Assembly: GCA_963705165.1 (NCBI GenBank)
Contig: CAVPJD010000029.1
Location: forward strand, 1 to 23,780
Source of the DNA: an uncultured delta proteobacterium
Lineage (GTDB): Bacteria; Desulfobacterota; Syntrophia; Syntrophales; UBA2192
Reading direction: 5' to 3'
Length of the DNA: 23,780 nucleotides
In this document: positions 1 through 9,382 of the stretch, in pieces
Layout of the letters: each line of letters starts with the position of its first letter
How positions within the stretch are numbered: position 1 is the stretch's first letter
The notes under the pieces: generated by a model
The model's input: the letters and a program-made list of their open reading frames with translations, nothing else
Databases searched by the model: none
Told to the model about the DNA's origin: nothing
Made by a program: the position numbers and the translations under genes

Positions 1-6
1 CAAAAG

Positions 7-58
7 AAAATCCCCCTTCCATCCCCCTTTACAAAAGGGGGAAAGAGGGGGATTTTTT
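7..58. terminator. Long GC-rich hairpin with A/T tails; likely intrinsic terminator for the DUF4197 gene
   Basis: AAAATCCCCCTT...CCCCCTTT ACAA AAGGGGG...GGGGGATTTTTT inverted repeat about 30 nt past the minus-strand stop at 89. Confidence 0.6.
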
Positions 59-88
59 GAACGAATTGAACGAATCGAACCGTCTTTG

Positions 89-814
89 TTATTTCGTGAA
101 GACCTTTTTCAGGAGCTCCGTCGTCCGCGCGGCGGGGTTCGTGCGGATCTTGGCCTCCTCCTGCCCCACCATGGTAAACAGGCCGTCGAGGGACTTGTTC
201 GTCACGTACTTGTCGAGATCAAGGGAATCGACCTTCGCGAAGGGCATCATCGTCGCGTAGCGGTCCGTCATGGCCTTGTAGGCCTTCGTCACGCCGACCT
301 CGTTCATGCTCTGCGAGATGTCGGGCTTGAAGGCGTCGAAGAGCTGCGTCGAGGTCTTCGACTTGAAGTACTCCGTGGCTGCCGTGTTGCCGCCGCCCAG
401 GATCTTCTGCGCATCGTCGATGGACATGGACTGGATCGCGCCGGCGAAAATGTCGGCGGCCTTCGGCGCGGCCTTCTCCGCCGCGCGGTTCATGCTGAGG
501 ATGAAGGCGTCCACCTCCTTCTGGTAGCCCGCCATCCGCAGGGCGTCGCCCACCCGGCGGATGTTCTCGGGCAGGAGGATCTTCACGGCTTCGTTGCCGA
601 AGTAGCCGTCCTTCTTCGACAGCAGGCCGACGGCGTTCTTCGTGCCCACGGAGAGGGCCTCTTTCAGGCCCGAGGCGACCGTGCCGGACTCTTGCGCGGA
701 GCCGCCGGAGGGAATGGCCGGTAGCGCTTTCAGGAGGTCCGTCATGTCGGCCGCGTTAACCGCAGGGACAATCAGCAAAAGGAACAAACTGAGCGCAAAA
801 ACCGTTTTTTTCAT
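89..814 (-). CDS. DUF4197 family exported protein
   Basis: 241 aa; signal peptide; GLKEALSVG, MNRAAEKA and LDGLFTMVGQEEAKIRTNPAAR motifs typical of DUF4197; GGAGG RBS upstream. Confidence 0.88.
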   Translation of the reverse strand: MKKTVFALSLFLLLIVPAVNAADMTDLLKALPAIPSGGSAQESGTVASGLKEALSVGTKNAVGLLSKKDGYFGNEAVKILLPENIRRVGDALRMAGYQKEVDAFILSMNRAAEKAAPKAADIFAGAIQSMSIDDAQKILGGGNTAATEYFKSKTSTQLFDAFKPDISQSMNEVGVTKAYKAMTDRYATMMPFAKVDSLDLDKYVTNKSLDGLFTMVGQEEAKIRTNPAARTTELLKKVFTK

Positions 815-962
815 CGTCCTTCCTCCGTCTTGATCTCATTGTGCCGTTGCGTCAGGACCCGGCCGACCCCGGGCGGCCCTTCCATCGATCCGCCATTGCC
901 GTAATCGCCGCTTTAGGGTATCCTGTCCGTGATTTTTTAATCCCTCTAAAGGATAGATTACC

Positions 963-2009
963 ATGAGCACCGTTTCCTCGAAAAGAAAAAACCTGCAAGA
1001 GCTTCTCTTTCCCCGGGGAATCCCTTCCCTTTGGTGCCCCTCGCTCACGCACTTTGACGCCGGCCGCCGGATCGATCTGGGCCGGATGGGAGCCCACCTG
1101 GCGTGGATGATGCCCCACGTGAAAGGTTATCTCGTCCCCGGCTCCACCGGCGACGGATGGGACCTCGACGACGCTGAGACGGATACGGTGGTCCGGTTTG
1201 CCGTCGACATGGCGCGAAAAAAGGGCGTTTCGCTTCTGCTGGGGGCCCTCCGAAAAAATACGGTGGACGTGACGGGCAGCATCGAGCGGTTCCTGGACAT
1301 CCTGCGCAAGCTGACCGGCAAGACCGATCCCCTTGCGGCCCTGATTGCGGCCGGCGTCAGCGGTTTCACCGTCTGCCCGCCCGCAGGCAAGGACCTCGAC
1401 CAGGCGACGATAGGCGCGGCCCTGGAGATCCTGCTGGACAAGGGGCTTCCCGTGGCCCTCTACCAGCTCCCCCAGGTCACGGGAAACGAGGCGGCGCCGG
1501 AGACCTTTGCAAGGCTTGTCGCCAAATACCCGAATCTCATCCTCTTCAAGGATTCAAGCGGCGCCGACCGCATCGCCCTGTCCGGTGTCAACGCCCATGA
1601 CGTGTACCTCGTGCGGGGCGCCGAAGGGGACTACGCCCGGTGGCTCCGGACAGCCGGCGGGGCCTACGACGGCTTCCTGCTGAGCACGGCCAACAGCTTT
1701 CCGGCAGGGCTCCTGGCCGTTGTCGACGGGATCCGGGAGGGCCGCCTCGACGAGTCGGTGAGGATTTCCGCGGCTCTCTCCGGGGCCGTGGGGAAGGTTT
1801 TCAGCCTCGTCGGGGAAATCTCCTGCGGCAATGCCTTCACCAACGCCAACAAGGCCATCGAGCACTTCATGGCCTTCGGGCCGAAGGCCGCGGACAGGGA
1901 GGGCCCCATGCTCCACGGAGGCATCCGCATCCCTGCCGGCATCATCTCGGCCACGGGCGACATCTTGAGGCGCTATGGACTGATGCCGGAAAAAGGATAT
2001 CTGGAGTAA
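963..2009 (+). CDS. Dihydrodipicolinate synthase (DapA/NAL) family aldolase-like protein
   Basis: GSTGDG, LYQLPQVT (Tyr) and FKDSSG (Schiff-base Lys) motifs; divergent from true DapA. Confidence 0.8.
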   Translation: MSTVSSKRKNLQELLFPRGIPSLWCPSLTHFDAGRRIDLGRMGAHLAWMMPHVKGYLVPGSTGDGWDLDDAETDTVVRFAVDMARKKGVSLLLGALRKNTVDVTGSIERFLDILRKLTGKTDPLAALIAAGVSGFTVCPPAGKDLDQATIGAALEILLDKGLPVALYQLPQVTGNEAAPETFARLVAKYPNLILFKDSSGADRIALSGVNAHDVYLVRGAEGDYARWLRTAGGAYDGFLLSTANSFPAGLLAVVDGIREGRLDESVRISAALSGAVGKVFSLVGEISCGNAFTNANKAIEHFMAFGPKAADREGPMLHGGIRIPAGIISATGDILRRYGLMPEKGYLE

Positions 2010-2098
2010 AAGAACGAAGCGAGGAAGATAAGAAGAGCGGAAGAGCGGAAAAAAGTGTTGCCCGGAAGGGCAAACTGAACCACGAAAGGGAACTTGTT

Positions 2099-2734
2099 AT
2101 GGGTAAGATGAAAATCGTTATGCTGGGAATCCTGCTTTTTGCGGCGTCAATGCTCACCCTGTCCTGTGCCACCCCCATGAGCATGACGGACAACTGGAAG
2201 AGCTCGACCTATACGGGACCGGCCTACAAGAAGATCATGGTCGTCGCCATGACGAAGCGGGACGACATGCGTCAGCTTCTCGAGGACGAGTTCGCCAAAC
2301 AGCTCAGGGCGCGGGGAGTCGAGGCGGCCGCCTGCCATGAATGCATTCCCGACCCCGACAAGGTAACACGGGAGGAACTGATGAAGGTGAGCCAGGGAAT
2401 GGGAATCGAGGCCTACCTCATCGTGCGGGTCCTGAGGGTGGGAACCGAGGTTCAATCCTACCAGGCGGACACCCCTTCTACCATGGCAACCACCACCGGC
2501 AGGGATTCGATGATGAACATGCAATGGTTCGGCCCCGAGCCGTCGATGGGAAAGCGAAGCGAGGTGGCAACGCTGGAGTCGAGGCTCTACGACGCGAAGA
2601 CCGCGAATCTCGTCTGGCGATCCACCGTAGATGCCGTCAACCCTTCCGGGAGCGACGGGCAGGTCTCCCGGTTCGTCAGCCTGGTTCTGAAGGCCCTTTA
2701 CGAAGAGAAACTGATCCCATCGTCAGCACGATGA
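2099..2734 (+). CDS. Putative lipoprotein (DUF4136-like, C-terminal DAKT..LVWRS motif)
   Basis: ATG 2099 after AAAGGGA; hydrophobic leader with lipobox LTLSC; the longer ORF from 1640 is an extension overlapping the upstream gene. Confidence 0.7.
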   Translation: MGKMKIVMLGILLFAASMLTLSCATPMSMTDNWKSSTYTGPAYKKIMVVAMTKRDDMRQLLEDEFAKQLRARGVEAAACHECIPDPDKVTREELMKVSQGMGIEAYLIVRVLRVGTEVQSYQADTPSTMATTTGRDSMMNMQWFGPEPSMGKRSEVATLESRLYDAKTANLVWRSTVDAVNPSGSDGQVSRFVSLVLKALYEEKLIPSSAR

Positions 2735-2751
2735 GGAATAGAGGTGAGCCG

Positions 2752-3495
2752 ATGAGAGGATGGAACGCCCGCGTGCTAGTGATCCTGCTGGCCATGGCGT
2801 TGCTGGTTGCCGCCGCACCCATGGCCGCGGCGGCACAGAAGTTCGTCGAGTTCTCCGTTCCCGGATGCCAGTGACCGGACACGGCGGAGAGGATCCGTGC
2901 GATCCTGACAAACGTGGAGGGCGTCCAGGACGTGTCGACGGATATGGAGAAACACATCGTTGCAATCGCCTTCGATGACACAAAGACGAATGCCGCCGCC
3001 CTGCGCGACGCCCTGACGAAGGGCGACTACCCGCCCCAGGGGGAGGCCCGCCCGCTCGCCTCCATGCCCGCAGCCGGGCCCGACAGGCTGCTCGTGGGAA
3101 AAACGACGCAGGGCAGCCTCTTCCGGGACTATCCCGTCTTCTGGAACAACTACCGGGATTACACCCCCCGGAAGGACGTCATCGAGAAGATCGCCGGCAT
3201 CCGGGGTTCCTTCGACATTCTCATCTTCTTCGGCACCTGGTGCAAGGACTGCGTCAGCGAGGTCCCGAAGATCCTGAGGGTACTCGATGCGGCGGACAAC
3301 AAGAATCTCAAACTCGCCCTCTACGGCGTCGACCGCACGAGAAATGAGGGCCTCGGGATGTCGGAGAAGTTCAGCATCCAGAGGGTCCCCACGACGATCG
3401 TGCTGCGCGACGGCATGGAACTCGGCAGGATCGTGGAGTGCCCGGAGAAATCCAACGAGGAGGACCTCCTGAAGATCCTGTTGAAAACACAGTGA
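2752..3495 (+). CDS. Putative exported selenoprotein: HMA (CopZ/MerP-like) domain with Sec at codon 41, fused to a thioredoxin-like domain
   Basis: GAGGTG RBS at 2741, ATG 2752, signal peptide. ORFs 2341-2874 and 2914-3495 share a frame and are separated only by TGA 2872-2874. Read-through gives FSVPGCQ-U-PDTAERIRAILTNVEGVQDVSTD...LTKGDY (HMA pattern), then GTWCKDC thioredoxin. Confidence 0.78.
2890..2906 (+). promoter_or_regulatory. Candidate bacterial SECIS hairpin
   Basis: AGGATC-CGTGC-GATCCT: 6-bp stem, 5-nt loop with G-U at loop positions 2-3; 21 nt separate the in-frame TGA from the loop. Confidence 0.55.
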
Positions 3496-3578
3496 TTCGT
3501 GATTAGTGACTAGTGATTTGTGGAAGATTCTGAATCCTTCACTAACCACAAGTCACAAGCCACTACATACTAACCACA
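3491..3578. repeat. Inverted heptamer tandem arrays ([A/C]GTGA[T/C]T x4 ... A[A/G][C/T]CAC[A/T]-like x5)
   Basis: agtgatt cgtgatt agtgact agtgatt, short spacer, then aaccaca agtcaca agccact acatact aaccaca. Confidence 0.75.
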
Positions 3579-3607
3579 GAAGTGTTTGCAGCAAGGAGAA
3601 ACAAATC

Positions 3608-4162
3608 ATGACGCATAGGACTTTCCCGGCTCTCTTAGCTGTGCTCTGCTGCATGCTGTCCGCCTGTGCGGGGCCGGGGGCGTTTGACCCTGCAAAGGTC
3701 CCGCCGACGGTTGCCCGCGTGGAGCTTGCCCGCTATGGGGGGACCTGGTACGAGATCGCGCGGATGCCCCTTTGGTTCCAGAGAAACTGCCTGCGCTCCC
3801 AGGCCACCTATGGGCTTCTCGAGACAGGTGAGGTATCCGTTCTTAACGAATGTGACACCTCGGGAGGCGGCAAGGAGTCCATCCGCGGCAGCGCCCGGGT
3901 GGTGGACGCAAAGACGAATGCCAGGTTAGAGGTCCGCTTCGACAACTGGTTTTCGGTCTTCATCCCCTCGCAGCCCCAGGGGAACTACTGGATCCTCTAC
4001 CTCGACGATGGATACCAAACGGTGATCGTCGGAACGCCGGATCGAAAAACCCTCTGGATCATGGCCCGGACGCCGGTGATCGACGAGGCCCAGTACACCA
4101 AACTCGTCGAGATCGCACGCGGCCTGGGCTTTGAAACGGACAAACTGATAAAAAGAAAGTGA
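3608..4162 (+). CDS. blc: Outer-membrane lipocalin family lipoprotein (Blc-like)
   Basis: AAGGAG RBS; lipobox LSAC; RYGGTWYEIAR, GNYWILYLDDGYQ and LWIMARTP lipocalin motifs. Confidence 0.9.
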   Translation: MTHRTFPALLAVLCCMLSACAGPGAFDPAKVPPTVARVELARYGGTWYEIARMPLWFQRNCLRSQATYGLLETGEVSVLNECDTSGGGKESIRGSARVVDAKTNARLEVRFDNWFSVFIPSQPQGNYWILYLDDGYQTVIVGTPDRKTLWIMARTPVIDEAQYTKLVEIARGLGFETDKLIKRK

Positions 4163-4172
4163 CGGAGGAAAA

Positions 4173-4331
4173 GGGGTATCGGGTGTATGAAAAAGGGTAT
4201 CGGGTCTAGGGTATCGGGTCTCGGGATGGAAGGGGATTCCGTTTATACCAAATGATCTGTAGTACCTTCCCTGAACCCTGTACCCTGTACCCTGTACCCT
4301 GTACCCTGTACCCTGTACCCTGAACCCTGAC
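4173..4331. repeat. Inverted heptamer arrays (GGGTATC/GGGTCTA ... CCCTG[T/A]A x9)
   Basis: G-arm 4173-4225. C-arm 4269-4331 = CCCTGAA, 6x CCCTGTA, CCCTGAA, CCCTGAC, ending at the queF ATG. Confidence 0.9.
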
Positions 4332-5126
4332 ATGGACATCAATCCCTACAAAGACCAATACGACCCGGGTCTGCTCCAACCGGAGCCGCGTGCCACGCAC
4401 CGAAGGGTGATCGGCATAGACGGCGCCCTGCCCTTCGCAGGCGTCGACGTATGGACGGCATACGAATTGTCATGGCTCGATCCAAAGGGCAAACCGAGGG
4501 TGGCCATAGCCACCTTTACCGTTCCCGCCGATTCGCCGAACCTCATCGAGTCCAAGTCCTTCAAGCACTATCTCAACTCCTTCAGCCAGACCCCCGTCAC
4601 CTCCCCGGAGGCCCTGCGGGATATTCTCCGCAAAGACTTGGGAAGCGCCAGCGGCACGCCCATTGGCGTGGAGATGTTGCTGCCCGGGGATTTCCCCGAC
4701 GAGCAGATCGAGGAGATGGACGGGGAGCTCATCGACGAGATCGACGTGGAGATCCGGGACTACCGGCCCCATCCGGAGTATCTCAAGGCAGGACAGGCGT
4801 CCGTCGAGGAAACGCTCGTCTCGAACCTGCTGAAAACCAACTGCCCGCTGACTGGCCAGCCCGATTGGGCAAGCATCCAGATCCGATACAAGGGGCCCCG
4901 GATCGACCGCGAGGGCCTGCTGAAGTACCTGGTGTCCTTCCGGCAGCACGGCGGTTTTCACGAGCACTGCACCGAGAGCATCTTCGTGGACCTCATGCAC
5001 CGGTGCCGGCCCGAGAGGCTCACGGTCCATGCCCGCTACACGCGCCGCGGCGGCCTCGACATCAACCCCTTCCGGACGAATTGCGGCGACAAACTGCCGC
5101 GCAACGTAAGAACCGCCAGACAGTAA
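4332..5126 (+). CDS. queF: NADPH-dependent 7-cyano-7-deazaguanine (preQ0) reductase, bimodular type
   Basis: DVWTAYELSWL, IESKSFKHYLNS (QueF motif), CPLTGQPDW (catalytic Cys/Asp), FHEHC, YTRRGGLDINPFR. Confidence 0.96.
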   Translation: MDINPYKDQYDPGLLQPEPRATHRRVIGIDGALPFAGVDVWTAYELSWLDPKGKPRVAIATFTVPADSPNLIESKSFKHYLNSFSQTPVTSPEALRDILRKDLGSASGTPIGVEMLLPGDFPDEQIEEMDGELIDEIDVEIRDYRPHPEYLKAGQASVEETLVSNLLKTNCPLTGQPDWASIQIRYKGPRIDREGLLKYLVSFRQHGGFHEHCTESIFVDLMHRCRPERLTVHARYTRRGGLDINPFRTNCGDKLPRNVRTARQ

Positions 5127-5131
5127 AGAGC

Positions 5132-5282
5132 AGGGTATCGGGTCTCGGGGCTCGGGTATCGGGGAGGAAGCAGATTTCGTTTATAAAAAATTCTTGAGTA
5201 CCTTCGGACCCTATACCCTATACCCTATACCCTATACCCTTAACCCTATACCCTTAACCCTTAACCCTTGACCCTATACCCC
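5132..5282. repeat. Inverted heptamer arrays (GGGTATC-like x4-5 ... CCCTATA/CCCTTAA x~10)
   Basis: G-arm 5132-5164, AT-rich spacer, C-arm 5209-5282. Confidence 0.9.
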
Positions 5283-5298
5283 ATTCAGTGGAGTTTGC

Positions 5299-6735
5299 AT
5301 GCTTCCCGATCACAAGACGAAGATTATCTGCACCATCGGCCCCGCATCGGAGTCCCTCGAAGTCCTGGAGAGGATGATCCGGGCGGGGATGGATGTGGCG
5401 AGGCTCAACTTCTCCCACGGGGACTACGACCGGCATCGCCGGGTCATCGGTAACATCCGCTCCGCCGCAAAGGCTGCGGGCCGGCGTGTGGCCATCCTCG
5501 CGGATCTCCCGGGCCCGAAGATCCGCATCGGGATGCTGGAGCGCGAGCCCGTCGACCTCAATGCGGGCGATGAATTCACCCTCACGACGGAAAGCACCAC
5601 GGGGAACGGGAACAGGGCCTCCACGTCTTTCACCAGGCTCCCCGAGGTGGTGAAGCGGGGCGACACCCTTTTTCTCAACGACGGTCTCGTCCAGATGGAA
5701 GTACTCGACATCGGTGGCCCGGAGGTGAGGTGCCGTGTTGCCGTGGGCGGGGAGATCCGCTCCCGCGTAGGCTTGAACCTGCCCGGAATCGAGCTGGGCA
5801 TCAGCGCCTTCACCGACGAGGACCTTCGGTGGCTGAGGTTCGCCGCAGGAGAGGGCCTCGACGCCGTGAGTCAATCCTTCGTCCAAAAGGCACCCGATAT
5901 CGTCGCCGTCCGCGAGGCGGCCCACGCCATGGCCTACCACCCCCTGATTATCGCCAAGATCGAGCGGGCCCGGGCTCTTGACCACATCGACGCCCTGCTC
6001 GAGGCCGCCGACGGGATCATGATCGCCAGAGGGGATCTGGGCGTGGAGATCCCCATTGAGCAGATCGCCCCGGTACAGAAGAGGCTCATGCGCCTGGCCA
6101 ACCTGCTGGGAAAGCCCGTCATCACGGCGACCCAAATGCTCGAGTCCATGATTGCAAACCGCCGCCCGACCCGCGCCGAATCCACCGACGTGGCCAACGC
6201 CATCCTCGACGGAACGGACTGCGTTATGCTCTCGGGGGAGTCAGCCATCGGAAAATTCCCCGTCGAGGCAACGGCCATGCTCGCCCGGATAGCCGCGGCA
6301 ACGGAACCGACCCTGCCCGCCTACGCTGTTGCCGACAAACTTCGATCGCAGCGGCGTGACGATGGGGTCCGGCTCATGGATCTTATCGCCACGAGTGTGA
6401 GAACGACGGTGGAGCGCGTGACCCCCGCGGCCGTCTTCGTCCCGACTCGAAGCGGGTCAACGGCAAGAAGCATCGCCCGCTTCCGCCTGCCCGTCTGGAC
6501 CGTCGCCGTCAGTTCCCTGGAAGCCACCTGCCAGCGCCTCCAGTTTTCATGGGGCATCTATCCCGTCTACGAGGCCGATCACCCCGATGATTGGCGAAGC
6601 TACATCGCTTCGTGGATTGCCGATCAGGGTTTGGTGGGTGACCTGGCCGTCCTCACGGAGGGCCCCTCGTCCAAGCACCCCGAAGCGAACCACCGGATGG
6701 AAATCGTTGACCTGACGGCCGCAAAAAAGCTATAA
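5299..6735 (+). CDS. pyk: Pyruvate kinase
   Basis: [61 protein letters not shown]. Confidence 0.97.
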   Translation: MLPDHKTKIICTIGPASESLEVLERMIRAGMDVARLNFSHGDYDRHRRVIGNIRSAAKAAGRRVAILADLPGPKIRIGMLEREPVDLNAGDEFTLTTESTTGNGNRASTSFTRLPEVVKRGDTLFLNDGLVQMEVLDIGGPEVRCRVAVGGEIRSRVGLNLPGIELGISAFTDEDLRWLRFAAGEGLDAVSQSFVQKAPDIVAVREAAHAMAYHPLIIAKIERARALDHIDALLEAADGIMIARGDLGVEIPIEQIAPVQKRLMRLANLLGKPVITATQMLESMIANRRPTRAESTDVANAILDGTDCVMLSGESAIGKFPVEATAMLARIAAATEPTLPAYAVADKLRSQRRDDGVRLMDLIATSVRTTVERVTPAAVFVPTRSGSTARSIARFRLPVWTVAVSSLEATCQRLQFSWGIYPVYEADHPDDWRSYIASWIADQGLVGDLAVLTEGPSSKHPEANHRMEIVDLTAAKKL

Positions 6736-6770
6736 ATAGCTGCTCCAAATTCGAATTGACGAGGACCCAC

Positions 6771-7517
6771 ATGAAGAAGCTCGTGTTGATCCGCCACGGC
6801 GAGAGCACCTGGAACAAGGAGAACCGATTCACCGGATGGACGGACGTGGGGCTCTCCGAGAAAGGCGTTGAGGAAGCCCACCAGGGCGGCAGGATCCTCG
6901 CGAAAGAGGGATACGTCTTCGACATCGCCTTCACGTCCGTGCTCAGGCGGGCCATCAAGACCCTCTGGATCGTCCTCGATGAAATGGACCTCATGTGGAT
7001 TCCCGTCCACAACAGCTGGCGGCTCAACGAGCGCCACTACGGGGCACTGCAGGGCCTGAACAAAAAGGAGATGGCCGAGAAGCACGGCGAGAAGCAGGTC
7101 CACATCTGGCGCCGAAGCTACGACATCCGACCGCCGGCACTGACGCCCGATGACCCGCGCTACAACGGCAGCGACGCCCGCTACGCCGCTCTGCGTCCCG
7201 GTGAGATCCCGCTGACGGAGTGCCTCAAGGACACGGTGGAGCGCTTCCTCCCTTACTGGCACGAAACGATCGCCCCCACGGTCCGCTCTGGAAAGCGCGT
7301 CGTCATCGCCGCCCACGGCAACAGCCTGAGGGCGCTGGTGAAGTACCTCGACCATGTGCCGGATGACGAGATTGTCGGGCTCAACATCCCCACGGGGATT
7401 CCCCTTGTCTATGAACTGAACGACGATCTCACACCCATCCGCAGCTATTACCTGGGAGACCCCGAGGCCGTCGCCAAGGCCACCCAGGCCGTGGCAAACC
7501 AGCTCAAGAAGGGATGA
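6771..7517 (+). CDS. gpmA: 2,3-bisphosphoglycerate-dependent phosphoglycerate mutase
   Basis: [47 protein letters not shown]. Confidence 0.97.
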   Translation: MKKLVLIRHGESTWNKENRFTGWTDVGLSEKGVEEAHQGGRILAKEGYVFDIAFTSVLRRAIKTLWIVLDEMDLMWIPVHNSWRLNERHYGALQGLNKKEMAEKHGEKQVHIWRRSYDIRPPALTPDDPRYNGSDARYAALRPGEIPLTECLKDTVERFLPYWHETIAPTVRSGKRVVIAAHGNSLRALVKYLDHVPDDEIVGLNIPTGIPLVYELNDDLTPIRSYYLGDPEAVAKATQAVANQLKKG

Positions 7518-7521
7518 AAGC

Positions 7522-7652
7522 AGGGTCTAGGGTCAAGGGTATAGGGTACAGGGTCCGAAAGTAGTAAGAATTTTTCTATGCACAATCTCCTTCCTTCCCT
7601 ATACCCTATACCCTTGACCCTTGACCCTTGACCCTTGACCCTAGACCCTTGA
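7522..7652. repeat. Inverted heptamer arrays (AGGGTNN x5 ... CCCTATA/CCCTTGA x~8)
   Basis: G-arm 7522-7556, C-arm 7597-7652. Confidence 0.9.
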
Positions 7653-7672
7653 ACGAGTTGACGAGGTCACCG

Positions 7673-9331
7673 ATGAAGCGCCTGCCGATGAAACGCTTGC
7701 TTCTTCTGATCACCCTGTTGGCCTTTTTGTTCCCGACGGCGGCCATTCCGGCGGACCCGCCTGCCGCGAAGGGGACGCAGATTGCGGAAAAGGGAGGAAC
7801 GGCCCCCGCAGGGGTCCCGCCGGCAACGGTGAAACTCCAGAACCGCCCGATTATCACCATGCGGGGAACCCTGCTTGGTTACACCCCGAAGCAGCGGGTC
7901 GAGGCGGCAGAGGCACGAATCAACGCCGTCATCGAGCGGGGAAATTGGGGAACTGCAACGACGAAGACGATCACCGAGGGTCTCCTGATCCAGATCGGCG
8001 ACCAGGGGATGTTTGTCATCACCCCCGGCGACCTGAATGCGCTGGCCGGAGAAACCCCGGAGGAGGCGGGAGCGAGGGCCGCCCGGAACCTCACGACGGC
8101 CCTCGGGGAGATAGAGGAGTCCCGCAGGGCCGAAACATTCCTGCGTGGTATCGGCTACACCGCTGCGGCGACACTCATCCTTCTTCTCGTGCTGGCGGGA
8201 ATACGGCGGTCTCACCGGTGGCTGAGCACGCACCTGGCCGAGGTGCTGGGGCCGAGGCTCAAGACGCTTGCCATCGGGGGGTTCACCCAGCACATCGAGG
8301 GGATCATCCTGTTCCTCGGGGGGCTTGTCGGCCTCACGGCGTGGGCCCTTTATCTCTTTTCCCTGTACCTGTGGCTTGATTTCTCTTTCATGCAGTTCCC
8401 CTACACCAGGCCCTGGGGGGAGCAGCTCCACGAAACCATGACATCCGGGATCAAGGCCATCGCGCTCACGATCGTGAATTTCATCCCGGGCCTCGTCATC
8501 GTGGCCGTCATCTTCATGATCACCCGTTTCCTCGCCCGCATCGGCCGGCTCTTCTTCGACGCCGTCGAGAGCGGCCGGGTGAGCGTCCCGGGCCTCTATG
8601 CCGAGACGGCCCAGCCCACCCGCCGGATCGTCACGGTGATCCTGTGGCTCTTCTCCCTCGTCATGATGTACCCCTACCTGCCGGGAAGCGAAAGCGACGC
8701 CTTCAGGGGGGTGAGCGTCTTCGTGGGCCTGCTGCTCTCCATCGGTTCGGCAGGCACGGTGAACCAGGCCGTGAGCGGGCTCATGCTCATGTACTCGCGG
8801 GCCCTGAGGGTGGGGGACTACGTCCAGATCGGGGAGACGGAAGGCACGGTCGTCACGCTGGGGATGTTCTCCACGCGGATCCGCACCCCGAGAGGCGAGA
8901 TCGTCAGCCTCCCGAACGCCGTCATCGTCGGGACGACGACAAAGAACTACTCGCGCGAGGATGAGACGGGCGGCGTTATCCTTGCGACGACGGTGACGAT
9001 CGGCTACAACGCCCCCTGGCGCCAGGTCCACGCCATGCTCATCGAGGCCGCAGGCCGTACGCAGGGCCTGCTCAAGGACCCTGCCCCCTTCGTCCGCCAA
9101 CGGTCGCTCTCGGACTTTTACGTCGAGTACATGCTCGGCGCCCGGATCGCCGAGCCGCGCAAGCGCATCGCCGTGCTCGATACGCTCCACCGCAACATCC
9201 AGGATGTTTTCAACGAGTATGGCGTCCAGATCATGTCCCCGCACTACGAGGCGGACCCGGCCGAGAAGGTCTGGGTGCCGAAGGACAAGTGGCACGAGGC
9301 GCCGGCGAAAAAAGATGAAGAAAACAGATAG
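7673..9331 (+). CDS. Mechanosensitive ion channel, MscS family, with N-terminal periplasmic extension
   Basis: Signal/TM segments; RALRVGDYVQIGETEGTV..STRIRT..LPN MscS core; C-terminal GVQIMSPHY; alternative ATG at 7688. Confidence 0.9.
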   Translation: MKRLPMKRLLLLITLLAFLFPTAAIPADPPAAKGTQIAEKGGTAPAGVPPATVKLQNRPIITMRGTLLGYTPKQRVEAAEARINAVIERGNWGTATTKTITEGLLIQIGDQGMFVITPGDLNALAGETPEEAGARAARNLTTALGEIEESRRAETFLRGIGYTAAATLILLLVLAGIRRSHRWLSTHLAEVLGPRLKTLAIGGFTQHIEGIILFLGGLVGLTAWALYLFSLYLWLDFSFMQFPYTRPWGEQLHETMTSGIKAIALTIVNFIPGLVIVAVIFMITRFLARIGRLFFDAVESGRVSVPGLYAETAQPTRRIVTVILWLFSLVMMYPYLPGSESDAFRGVSVFVGLLLSIGSAGTVNQAVSGLMLMYSRALRVGDYVQIGETEGTVVTLGMFSTRIRTPRGEIVSLPNAVIVGTTTKNYSREDETGGVILATTVTIGYNAPWRQVHAMLIEAAGRTQGLLKDPAPFVRQRSLSDFYVEYMLGARIAEPRKRIAVLDTLHRNIQDVFNEYGVQIMSPHYEADPAEKVWVPKDKWHEAPAKKDEENR

Positions 9332-9382
9332 AGAGCATGTTAGAATGAAAAAATAAAAACAACCCAAAAGGAGGATTGAACA

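Noticed and set aside
2914..3495. Independent 193-aa thioredoxin starting at GTG 2914
   Set aside because: It would start mid-HMA domain without a clear RBS and leave a 40-aa signal-peptide orphan; read-through from 2752 explains both parts better
4163..4331. preQ1 riboswitch upstream of queF
   Set aside because: No preQ1 consensus hairpin with A-rich tail visible; the region is occupied by heptamer arrays
4173..7652. Repeat arrays as CRISPR or as coding repeats (e.g. RVQGTGY ORF 3926-4342)
   Set aside because: Units are 7 nt in tandem with no unique spacers and no cas genes; the peptide repeats are just translations of the heptamers
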